The position numbers and the translations under genes are program-made. A DNA stretch of 64,000 nt from positions 76,012,001-76,076,000 of the forward strand of contig JANJGN010000005.1 in the NCBI GenBank assembly GCA_026770705.1. Direction: 5' to 3'. The DNA comes from Isurus oxyrinchus (Eukaryota). The notes beneath the pieces are model-generated. The model did no database searches. It saw nothing but the letters and a program-made list of their open reading frames with translations, and had not been told where the DNA came from. The stretch's first letter is position 1; each line of letters starts with the position of its first letter. Shown in pieces: positions 13,561 through 24,350 of the stretch.

Positions 13561-15157
13561 TCATCTCCACCATTGTCACCTCCTCACACTCATCCCTTCA
13601 TCTTTATCCCAGGCCGGGGAGGGGTGGGGCACATCAGTCCACTCTCAGTCGTGCCCAGTACATTGTGCGAAGAGCACGGTCAGTGCCTTACTCACGGCAG
13701 TCTGGGGGGTTTCTGGCATTGTACTCAGCCACAGATGGCACAGTCACTGTCAGGGGAGGCATCTGCAACCTATAGGTTGGGAACAGATAGTATAGGGTCG
13801 GGCACTCAATGGTCTCATGGTGGGGAGGTCCCGATAGATCCCAGTACGTTAAGTTTCAAGATGGGGAGGACCATCACGTCAAACAACATAGGGATAACAA
13901 AGGTATATCTGCCACAATAACAATGGGATCAAGGAGAGTAATCGGAGGGAGGGAAACCTGAACGTTTTGCTCCTTCAGGACGATGGGAGGGATTTCCATG
14001 GTCTGGTAATAAAACCTGAGGACCACCATCTTGGAACCTGAAGCAATGGAGCAGTGAAAAATGAAACTTCAATCAATGCTGCTGGGGAGGACGACTTCTG
14101 GAAGGAATGTTTCACAGCACAGGGCAGCCAATTAAACAGGCACCCATCTGAAATCTGTATTCCCAAATGAGGAGGAATGCACAGCTGAGGCATGTGAGGC
14201 GATAACGAGCCATCAATCTAAAAGTGCGTTCATACAAGATTAATTCCGATTAGTTCTAATTATCAATATCTGTGCAGTAACCCTTTACAACAATCTGGTT
14301 GGGGCTTGGCCTAAATAGCCAAGTGGTGATGGTACTGGGTTTGTAACCCCAAGATCGAGAGTTCAAATCTCACAGTGGCAAACAATGTAACTTCATCTGA
14401 AACAGATGGAAATGGGTTTGTACTCGAAAGAGTATCAAGAGTTCAAATCTCACAATGGCAAACTATGAAACAATGTAACTTCATCTGAATAAACAGATGG
14501 AAACGGGTTTGTACTCGAAAGAGTATGAAGAGTTCAAATCTCACAATGGCAAACTATGAAACAATGTAACTTCATCTGAAACAGATGGAAACGGGTTTGT
14601 GCTTGAAAGAGTATCAGGAGTTCAAATCTCACAATGGCCAACTATGAAACAATGTAACTTCATCTGAATAGGAACAGATGGAAATGTGTTTTGGCCTAAA
14701 TGGCCAAGTGGTTATGGTCCTGGGTTTGTAACCCCAAGATCAAGAGTTCAAATCTCACAATGGCAAACAATGTAAATTCATCTGAAACAGATGGAAACGG
14801 GTTTGTACTCGAAAGAAATCAAGAGTTCAAATCTCACAATGGCAAACTATGAAACAACATCTGAAACAGATGGAAATGGGTTTGTACTCGAAAGAGTTTC
14901 TGGGTTTGTAACCCCAAGATCAAGAGTTCAAATCTCACAATGGCAAACTATGAAACAATGTAACTTCATCTGAAACAGATGGAAACGTGTTTGTACTCGA
15001 AAGAGTCACAGGTGCAAAGCCACTTTGAGCTTGGCCTAAAATAGCCAAGTGGTTATGGTACTGGGTTTGTAACCCCAAGATCAAGAGTTCAAATCTCACA
15101 ATGGCAAACTATGAAACAATGTAACTTCATCTGAAAAACAGATTGAAGACTAATTTT

Positions 15158-15288
15158 GGCTTGGCCTAAATAGCCAAGTGGTTATGGTACTGGGTTTGTA
15201 ACCCCAAGATCAAGAGTTCAAATCTCACAATGGCAAACAATGTGGCTTCATCTGAAACAGATGGAAACGGGTTTGTGCTCAAAAGAGT
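15158..15288 (+). mobile_element. Representative tRNA-Thr(UGU)-derived SINE-like monomer
   Basis: Pol III A box TAGCCAAGTGG, anticodon arm CTGGG-TTTGTAA-CCCCA, B box GAGTTCAAATC. 3' hairpins TCATCTG-AAA-CAGATGG and, in most units, CTC-GAAA-GAG. The acceptor stem is poorly paired, so it is not a functional tRNA. Confidence 0.8.
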
Positions 15289-15816
15289 ATCAAGAGTTCA
15301 AATCTCACAATGGCAAACTATGAAACAATGTAACTTCATCTGAAAAACAGATGGAAATGTTTTGCTTGGCCTAAACAGCCAAGTGGTTATGGTACTGGGT
15401 TTGTAACCCCAAGATCAAGAGTTCAAATCTCACAATGGCAAACTATGAAACAATGTAACTTCATCTGAAACAGATGGAAATGGGTTTGTACTTGAAAGAG
15501 TTACAAGCTTTAGCTTGGCCTAAATAGCCAAGTGGTTATGGTACTGGGTTTGTAACCCCAAGATCAAGAGTTCAAATCTCACAATGGCAAAACTATGAAA
15601 CAATGTAACTTCATCTGAAACGGATTGTGCTCGAAAGAGTATCAAGAGTTCAAATCTCACAATGGCAAACTATGAAACAATGTAACTTCATCTGAACCAG
15701 ATGGAAACGGGTTTGTGCTTGAAAGAGTATCAAGAGTTCAAATCTCACAATGGCAAACTATGAAACAATGTAACTTCATCTGAAACAGATGGACACGGGT
15801 TTGTGCTCGAAAGAGT

Positions 15817-15937
15817 GCCTACGGCCATACTAGTCTGAAAACGCCCGATCTCGTCTGATCTCGGAAGCTAAGCAGACTTAGGCCTGGTTAGTACTTGGAT
15901 GGGAGACCGCCTGGGAATACCAGGTGCAGTAGGCTTT
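15817..15937 (+). rRNA. 5S rRNA, full mature length (probable retrocopy)
   Basis: GCCTACGGCCATAC...GCCCGATCTCGTCTGATCTCGGAAGCTAAGC...TTAGTACTTGGATGGGAGACCGCCTGGGAATACCAGGTGCAGTAGGCTTT. Starts at +1 and ends at UUU, with no 5S spacer DNA on either side. Confidence 0.97.
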
Positions 15938-16677
15938 AGCTTGGCCTAAATAGCCAAGTGGTTATGGTACTGGGTTTGTAACCCCAAGATCGAGAGTTCA
16001 AATCTCACAATGGCAAACTATGAAACAATGTAACTTCATCTGAAACAGATGGACACGGGTTTGTGCTCGAAAGAGTATCAAGAGTTCAAATCTCACAATG
16101 GCAAACTATGAAACAATGTAACTTCATCTGAAACAGATGGAAACGGGTTTGTACTCGAAAGAAATCAAGGGTTCAAATCTCACAATGGCAAACTATGAAA
16201 CAATGTAACTTCATCTGAATAGGAACAGATGGAAACATGTTTGTAGTCAAAAGAGTTACATAGCCTGGTATAATCTGTCTGGCTTTTGGGCTTGGCATAA
16301 ATAGCCAAGTGGTTATGGTACTGGGCTTGTAACCCCAAGATCAAGAGTTCAAATCTCACAATGGCAAACTATGAAACAATGTAACTTCATCTGAATAGGA
16401 ACAGATGGAAACGTGTTTGTACTCGAAAGAGTTACAAGCTACACTGGGAGAATTTATAAATAATCAAGAGTTCAAATCTCACAATGGCAAATTATGAAAC
16501 AATATAACTTCATCTGAAACAGATGGAAATGGGTTTGTACTCGAAAGAGTTACACCCAAGTCAACCTGATTCTTGGCTTGGCCTAAATAGCCAAGTGGTT
16601 ATGGCAATGGGTTTGTAACCCCAAGATCAAGAGTTCAAATCTCACAATAGGAAACAATGTAACTTCATCTGAAACAG

Positions 16678-17745
16678 ATGGAAACAGGTTTGTACTCAAA
16701 ACAGTTACTGTGGTTACCAAGGAAACATTTGTTACCCCTCCGTCCTTTTCAGTGGTTGGCGGAGAGGAGGGCTGTGGCCACAGGGGTGACCAGGATCGGG
16801 GACATGCTGGGTGGCGGAGGACTGGGCTGGATGCTCCCGCGGGAGTTGGCGCGATGCGCGTCTGTGAGTGTCCAGGTCGCAGCCAATGCCATCCAAGACC
16901 TGAGAACGGTTGTGCTCGGACCCGACGTTATTTTGGGTCTTGAGGTGGCCCAGGCGCGTGGTGGTCTTCCGTCTGAACGTTCCCCTGTTCGGACAGAATT
17001 CCACATTGGCCCCAAGCCCCGAACCCTCCCTCGGGTGCTGGTGCCCCGCAATATGAGCCGCCTCGGGGACATGCCCTCCCTGCCTTTTGGCACGGCAAAG
17101 AGGGGCTTTTTGTACAGACTGCTGCTGCACACCTTCCATTTTCTTGCCCTTGTCCGCCGCCCGGACATGCCCTGGCGTGCCTTGTTGCCGTCCGGTGGTG
17201 GAGGCCCCCGATGGGAGGCCCTCTATGGAGGTGTCCTCCCCCTTTCTATCGGGGACCTGGGTTGGAGGGTGTTGCATGCATCAGTCCCCTATAATAAGAG
17301 GATGCATAGGTTCACAGACTCTCAGGACACGTGCCCTTTTTGCGGTCTTATGGAGTCCGTGGACCATGTATACATAGGGTGTTGTAGGCTGCACTCCCTT
17401 TTTAGTTATTTGAAAAACCTTTTATTGATGTTTTGTTTGCACTTCAGCCCCACACTCCTGATCTATGGGCACCCGGTGCGGAAGGGGGTCGGGAAGGAGG
17501 AGGACCTCCTCGTGAACCTGCTCCTGGGCCTGGCCAAGTTGGCCATTAACAGGTCCAGGCAGCAGGCGATCGACGGGGGAGTCCCGCCCGATTGTTTGTC
17601 CCTCTTCCGCGGCTACGTTCGCTGCCGGATGTCCCTGGAGAGGGAGCACGCGGTGTCTGCTGGCACTCTCGAGGCCTTCCATGCTCGGTTGGCACCGCGG
17701 GGACTGGGGTGTTTTGTTGACCCCTTTAATCACATTTTGATTTAA
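16678..17745 (+). CDS. Open frame covering Tx1 ORF2 C-terminal (zf-RVT-like CCHC) domain; first ~20 codons come from the SINE unit and junction filler
   Basis: 355-aa ORF with no stops and a C-X2-C-X7-H-X4-C motif. It lacks APE and RT domains, so it is not autonomous. Confidence 0.55.
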   Translation: METGLYSKQLLWLPRKHLLPLRPFQWLAERRAVATGVTRIGDMLGGGGLGWMLPRELARCASVSVQVAANAIQDLRTVVLGPDVILGLEVAQARGGLPSERSPVRTEFHIGPKPRTLPRVLVPRNMSRLGDMPSLPFGTAKRGFLYRLLLHTFHFLALVRRPDMPWRALLPSGGGGPRWEALYGGVLPLSIGDLGWRVLHASVPYNKRMHRFTDSQDTCPFCGLMESVDHVYIGCCRLHSLFSYLKNLLLMFCLHFSPTLLIYGHPVRKGVGKEEDLLVNLLLGLAKLAINRSRQQAIDGGVPPDCLSLFRGYVRCRMSLEREHAVSAGTLEAFHARLAPRGLGCFVDPFNHILI

Positions 17746-17854
17746 AGTTTGTAAGTTTCCTTTAAACTTTGTTCTTGGTTTTACAGCTGACCTGAATTAG
17801 GGGCTGTGCCTGATTTATCCCAATTTTGTTGATTTGGTTTTCATATAAAAGATC
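16737..17854 (+). mobile_element. 5'-truncated Tx1-clade (L1 group) non-LTR retrotransposon
   Basis: GC/CpG-rich. Uninterrupted ORF2 C-terminus with DLGWRVLH, zinc knuckle CPFCGLMESVDHVYIGC and LLLGLAKLAI. Short T-rich 3' UTR ending TATAAAAGA. Confidence 0.88.
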
Positions 17855-19439
17855 ATCAAGAGTTCAAATCTCACAATGGCAAACTATGAAACAATGTAAC
17901 TTCATCTGAAACAGATGGAAACGGGTTTGTACTCGAAAGAAATCAAGAGTACAAATCTCACAATGGCAAACTATGTAACAATGTAACTTCATCTGAATAG
18001 GAACAGATGGAAATGGGTTTGTACTCAAAAGAGTTACAAGCTACACTGGGAGAATTTATAAATCAAGAGTTCAAATCTCACAATGGCAAACTATGAAACA
18101 ATGTAACTTCATCTGAAACAGATGGAAATGGGTTTGTACTCAAAAGATTTAAAAGATTATCAAGAGTTCAAATCTCACAAAGGCAAACTATGAAACAATG
18201 TAACTTCATCTGAATAGGAACAGATGGAAACAGGTTTGTACTTGAAAGAGTTACAAAACAAATCAAGAGTTCAAATCTCACAATGGCAAACTATGATGCT
18301 TGTCCTGGTGAAGTCTTTAATAGACAAAAATTTTTAAATAGCCAAGTGGTTATGGTACTGGCCTTGTAACCCCAAGATCAAGAGTTCAAATCTCACAATG
18401 GCAAACTATGAAACAATGTAACTTCATCTGAATAGGAACAGATGGAAACATGTTTGTACTTGAAAGAGTTACAACAATCTGGTTATTCCCCTCTGTGATA
18501 GCAACTCCAAAAACAAGTGGGTACCTGATAAGCAGGAGAAGCCTTTTGGGAACACTCCCTCAGAATCTCATCGCTGCCACATTCAGGGATGAGAATCCTA
18601 GGCCCCCAAAAAGAATCTAATGGCCTCACAGAATATCTACCCTCATGTGTTTTGCAAAGGATGTAGTCATTCAATCCACTGAATGAGTAATGTGTAAACT
18701 GGAATAAATGCAGGCCAGCCATGTGCCTGGCCAAGTCCATCTCTTAGCAATAGGTTTACTGAGATGGGGGAAAGGCAGGGGTGGGGTTTGTGGGGTGGAG
18801 GAGAAGGATACTGTGACACAGAGTGTTCATAGCCATGGCCACGATTGCATTGGCTAACAGGTGTCTGTACTGTAAGCAAGCCCCTAAAGCCACAGTCACT
18901 CACTAGTCAGTGACAGAAAAAGAACCTTCAGAGGCTGCTAACTGATATTTTTATTTCAGCGATCCAATAGGCAGGAGAACATGAAGAAAATGGAGGCTGC
19001 ATTTAACGCTGTCTGCATCATCACAAGGCAGGCAGGAGTGTGCACGATTTCTGAGTATGACCTTTTAGATTGCAGGCCCTAAGGGATGACAGAGAGTACA
19101 TGGAGATGCGCATCTATATCTCTCCTAGTGCATCGTATCTTCACTTTTCCACAATGCAGATTAGCCGAGGGACTACATGAGCCTCCATCTTACACAGCCG
19201 AGAATGAACATCATTTATAATTGCAATGCTTGTCAACAAGATGTCTCGCACAAGTACGTTTTAAGGGTGACTCATGACTGATGTTGGAGAACTGAGAAGG
19301 AACACACTCTGTGATGAGATGGCTTCACACAACGTGGACAAGAGTCACGTGATGTGAGATCAGCAATAAGTGGGAGGAGGCAACATAGTGTGACCTCTAA
19401 TAGATCACAACACAACTCAGCATTCAGAGGAGGAGTGCA

Positions 19440-20120
19440 CAAGAGGAGATGTGGAATGGGTCCAATTGTATTTACATAAGTGGAAAGCATACACATTTGG
19501 TGAACGTCCATGCCATCATTGTACTCCTATTATTTTTGATCCTCCTAACCCTGCCGCTATGTCTAGGTGCTTCCCTGACATCCACAGCAGAGGTAGATGC
19601 AGCCTTCTGACTTCTATGCCCTGCTGTCTGTGATGACTTTAGCAGACGTCCTGTGGAGGGCCAAAACTTGGAGGTTCTCAGACAGCTTTGGGTCTCCTGC
19701 TGTTGGGCAGGTGCAACCTTCTTGGCTTGTGGAGCTGGAGGTGATGGGATCACAGGTAGAGGGGATTGGCATCAGAAGGACACTCCCAGGGTCACCTGGA
19801 CACTCCCAGAGACACCTGGCAGATGGCCCTGGCGTGTCCAGCTACTGGTCCTTGTCCCTATGGGTGCCCGAGGGGCCCTGATTGACTCCCTAAAGAGAGG
19901 AGGCACCTGGAGTGAGATCGAGGTGTCCTGGCCCCCTCTCACATAGCCGCTGATAGATCCCACCAATGCCTAACAATGATGAAGTGCAACTCCTGGTGCA
20001 GTCGAAAGTCTCCATGGCAGCCACCATCCTATCAATGTTGACCTCCGTGCCCTAGCATGCCAGTGCCAGACTGAACGTGGAGGGACTCTTCCATCATATG
20101 TTGCAATCTGTGGAATCCAT
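19440..20120 (-). pseudogene. Harbinger Myb/SANT gene last-exon remnant
   Basis: Minus-strand peptides (PPAPQAKKVAPAQQQ, TEVNIDRMVAAMET-like) resemble 12260-12760. Confidence 0.55.
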
Positions 20121-20819
20121 CTGACAGCTCTAGTGGAGGAGTCTAATACTTACTCCTGTCCCTCTTTCTTCCAATAGCTGGTACAACTCTGCCTGGGCTA
20201 ATCTCCCCCCAACGTTTTACCTGCAGACCAAGGGAGACAGCTAGCAAGATGCCCATAACCAAACTCTGCCTTTCTTCTGATGATGCCAGTGAGACCTCCA
20301 GTAAACTAGAGCAGAATGGCACTCACTGATTTTAGGTAAAGATCTCAGCAAATTTCCAGGGTAAATGTTGATAGAGTTTTAGTGAAATCTTGACAAGGTG
20401 TCTCAAAAAGTTTCCTGGTCTGTTTCAAAGGTTCTCTTCGAATTTCAAACAGCAAGGCAACAGAAAAGTGATAAACCTTTAAGTCGCAATGGAAATCCTC
20501 TTTAATGATTGGTTACTCCCAATAAGCTGGTAGCTGTTGGAAAAGGCCTTTGATCACTAAAATGCCATTCAGGCTTGTTGCACTAACAGGCAATTTAAGA
20601 GGCAATCAGTGGCTTAACAATGCTCCAACTGCTCACTTCAACTCTATTCACAAGGTGGCACCTTGTGCTAAATGTGGATGAAACCAATGTTTCAGTTTAA
20701 GATTCCATCTTGGCTGTCTCCGAGGCTCTTTAGCACCTACAGTATCTGAGGAAAATTGTCCCTTCTTATTTCTGTCACTGTATGAATATAGTGACTAGTA
20801 TGAATGTGATGAATAATGT

Positions 20820-21950
20820 GCCACAAACTAATGAGAAAAATAGAGGGGAACAAATTTGCAGGGAAATTACAGAGAGGCTCAAGCATGTGATAGTTGGAGA
20901 TTTTCATTATCCTAATATAGACTGGGTCAGCAATAGTATAAAATGCAGATTGGGGAAAGAATTTCTGTTGCATATTCAGGAGAATTCTCTTCAACAGTAC
21001 TTTTCCAGGAAGCAGGCATTGCTAGATAAGGAGAATGAAGTGAGTCAAGGGCATCAGGTGTTAGTGGGGAAATATCTATGGAACAGTGACATTGTATCAT
21101 AATATTTAGAATTTATATGGAAAGGGACAGGGAGCAATATACAGTAAAAACACTTAATTGGAGGAGGACCAATTTCAATGGGGTGAGAATGGATTTTTCC
21201 TGGGTAAATTGGAATCAAAGACTGGCAGGAAAAACTGAAATCAAATAATGGGCTGCCTCTAAAGAGGAGATGGTTTGCGTACAGTCCCAGGAGGTGGAAA
21301 ATAGTTTAACTGAAACCAGAGCTCTCAGGTTTCTCTTCATGCTGGGAAAACTTTTAGAAATGATAATTCGCGATGCACCTAACAGTCACTTGGATAAATA
21401 TAGATGAATTAAGGAAGGCCAGCACATGTTTTGTCAGGGCAAATCACATTTAACTAAATTGTTTGAGTTTTTTGATCAGGTAACAGAGAGGATTGATGGG
21501 GGTCATGTGGTTGAAGTGGTATATCAGGACTTCCAAAAGGCATTTGATAAAGTGCCACATAACAGGTTGTCAGCAAAGTTAAAGTCCAAAGAATAAAGGG
21601 GACAGTGGCAACATGGATATGAATTTGTCTGTGTAACAGGAAATAGAAAGTCATGATGAACGGTTGTATCACAATCTGAAGAAGGGTATACAGTAGGGTT
21701 CCCCAGGAGTTGGTATTAAGACTACTGCTTTTTTTGATCTATATTAATGACTTAGGCTTGGGTGTAGGTAGCACAATTTCAAAATTTGCAGATAGTATAA
21801 AGCTTGGAGTACTGTGAACTGTCAGGAGGATAGTGATAAACTTTGAGAGGACACAAACATACATGTGGACATGTGGCAGATGCAATTTAAATCAGAGAGG
21901 TGTAAAGTGATACATTTTGGTAGGAAGAATGAGGAGAGACTATATAAACG
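20820..21950 (+). mobile_element. Decayed CR1 ORF2 (APE end and RT)
   Basis: VIVGDFHYPNIDW APE motif, DFQKAFDKVPH, GVPQ and FADS motifs with deletions and frameshifts. Confidence 0.85.
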
Positions 21951-22320
21951 TGTCACGAAGCTATTAAGGTATATAATATTATTGGAAATGCTTTTTAAAT
22001 AGAGGTTTAGTCTGTGGGTATGTCTTAATTTGATTAAAACCAGGTAGTCTGGATGCTTTGATGTATACTAGTTTTGAGATGGAAGAGAGGTAGAGTGCAT
22101 TTGCATTATGTTATATAGAGCATTCAAGAAGGGGAGTGAAATCTGTCACCTAGCTAGCAAAGACCAAGCAATGTTTATATTACTAATATAATTGGTACTA
22201 TGAAAGGGGTTTTATTGTTAGAAGAGGTGGAGTTCCAAGGGCTGGTGATACAATGAGAATTCACATTCATTGAGATGTGCTAGACATAACAGATGCATGT
22301 AAATTGTGGCTTCAACTGGA
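21951..22320. mobile_element. Probable LTR fragment
   Basis: Starts with TGTCACGA exactly where the CR1 sequence breaks off. No matching right end seen. Confidence 0.35.
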
Positions 22321-22829
22321 CGGAACATTTGGAGTCTTGAACGGTGGTGAAAGAGGAGGCAAAAGGTCAGCTGTTATATGTCCTGTGCTTTTTAAAAAAT
22401 TGTTCATGGGATCTGGGCATTGCTAGCTAGACCAGCATTTATTGGCCATCCCTAATTCCCTTAGAGAAGGTGGTAGTGAGCTGCCCTCTTCCCCTGCTAC
22501 AGTTAACCAATTCTCTTTGAAAACCATGATTGAATCTGCCTCCATCACTCTCTTAATCAGAGCATTCCAGATCATAAATCCTCGCGGTGTAAAATAGTTT
22601 GCCCTCATGTCACTTCTAGTTCTTTTGCCAATTACTTTAAATCTATATCCTTTGGTCTGCCACCAACAGGAACAGTTTCCTCTACCTACTTTGTCTAGGC
22701 CATTCATGACTTAGAACAGTTCTAGCAAATGTCCTCTCAGCTTTCTTTTTTCTAAAGTGAACAATCCCAGCTTTTCCAAACTATCCATGTAACTGAAGTC
22801 GTCATCCCTGGAATTATTCCATGTGTTTT

Positions 22830-24350
22830 AGGTACCCCCACAGTGCTGTTAGGAAGGAAGTTCCAGGATTTTGACCTAGTAACAATGAAGGTATGGCAAT
22901 ATATTTGCAAGTCAGGATGGTGAGTGGCTTGGAGGGGAACGTGCAGGTGGTGGTGTTCCCACCCATCTGCTGGTCTTGTCCTTCTAGGTGGTAGAAGTCA
23001 TAGGTTTGGAAGATCCTGTCAAAGGAGCCTTGCTGAATGAAGCAGTACATCTCGTAGATGGTATACACCACTGTCACTGTGCATTGGTGGTGGAGGGAGT
23101 GAATGTTGAAGGTGGTGAATGGGGTGCCAATCAAGTAGGCTGCTTTGTCCTGGATGGTTTGAATGTTGTTGGAGATGCACTTATCAGGCAAGTGGAGAGT
23201 ATTCCATTACACTCTTAACTCGTGCTTTGTAGATGGTGGACAGGCTTTGGGAAGTCAGGAGGTGAGTTACTCGTTGAAGGATTGCTAGCCTCTGACCTGC
23301 TTTTGTAGCCATAGTATTTATATGTCTGGTCCAGTTTAGCTTCTGGTCAATGGTAAGCCCCAGGATATTGACAGTGGGAGATTCAGCGACAGTAATGCCA
23401 TTGAATGTAAGGGGGAGATGGTTGGAAGAGGATGGTCTGTTGAAACAGGGGCTGGTGGAATGGAAAGTGAGGATAAGGGGAACTCTATCGTGGTTCTGGG
23501 AGGGAGGGCAAAGCATGAGAGTAGAAATGCGCGAAACAGGTCGGAAATGTCAAGGGCCCTGTCAGCCACAGTGGGGGCAATCCTCAGTTGAGGAATATGG
23601 AGGATATATCAGAGGCATTGGTATGGAATGTCGCATAATCAAAACAGATGCAACAGAGATGAAGAAGCTGGAAGAATGGAATTGAATCCTTACAGCGTAC
23701 AGTGTGTAATGAGGTCAATGGGTTTATAATGAATATTTGTTGATAAACTTTTATACAACACCGATCCTGCCTCACATGGAGGGTTATGTTGTTCCTGCCT
23801 GTTATGTCTGATCTCTGTCAGCTGTCACTCAGCCAATTTCCTAACCAAGTCAATAATTTGATTTCTGTCCCATGAGCTTTAACTTTAGTTAATAGTCTCT
23901 TATGATAGATTTTATGAAATACCTTCTGGAATGCCATATAAATAATATCCTTAGGCATTCCCCTGCCACTATTTTAGTTATCTCTTTGAAAAAAATCAAT
24001 CAGATTGATCAGATGTGACCTATTCTTTACAAATCCATGTTGGCCCTTTCTCAGCAGCTGAAAGTTTTCTAAGGTATTCAGTCATCCTATCCTTATTTAT
24101 CATTTCTAGCAATTTCCCTTCAATCAATGTTAAACTAACTGCCCTCTAATTACCTGGTCACTATGTCACGATTCTTGAATAGCAGAGTGGCATTCGCAAT
24201 TTTCAAACCTAAAGGAATGATCCCTGAATCAAGGGGCCTTTAGGAGATTATAGTAAGGACATCTGCAATATCCTCACCTACTTTATAATACTTAAATAGA
24301 AACAATCTTTTCTTGGTGATTTATCACTCTTTAGTGCCATTAAATTCTCT
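22830..24350 (-). mobile_element. Mosaic of decayed CR1/L2-group LINE 3' end, Penelope fragment (~23440-23700) and CR1 RT fragment (~23790-24350)
   Basis: ILGLTIDQKLNWTRHI and LSTIYKARVKSVMEYSPLA (LINE). CKDSIPF..L and QNHDRVPLILTFH match the Penelope at 59240-59480. Confidence 0.7.

Larger units (their letters stand above)
14301..18468 (+). repeat. Composite tandem array of a tRNA-derived SINE-like unit with variable spacers, 5S copy and Tx1 fragment
   Basis: About 11 headed units (~14301, 14691, 14900, 15029, 15158, 15364, 15513, 15939, 16288, 16575, 18335) and 15 headless ~88-bp units starting ATCAAGAG. Flanked by direct repeat TTACAACAATCTGGTT at 14285-14300 and 18469-18484. Confidence 0.92.

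Noticed and set aside
15164-15236. Functional tRNA-Thr(UGU) genes
   Set aside because: Acceptor and T stems are poorly paired, and every copy continues into a fixed 3' body, as in a SINE.
16380-16445. Hammerhead or twister ribozyme in the SINE 3' domain
   Set aside because: CTGA...GAAAC is present, but there is no CUGANGA core with proper stems and no twister pseudoknots were found.
16678-16736. Genuine start of a 355-aa host protein
   Set aside because: The ATG lies in the repeat unit (METGLYSK also opens the ORF at 14791). In-frame fusion to Tx1 is expected by chance.
14301-18468. True CRISPR array
   Set aside because: Repeats are 88-140 bp tRNA-derived units, spacers are irregular, there are no cas genes and the context is vertebrate. 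The resemblance is architectural only.
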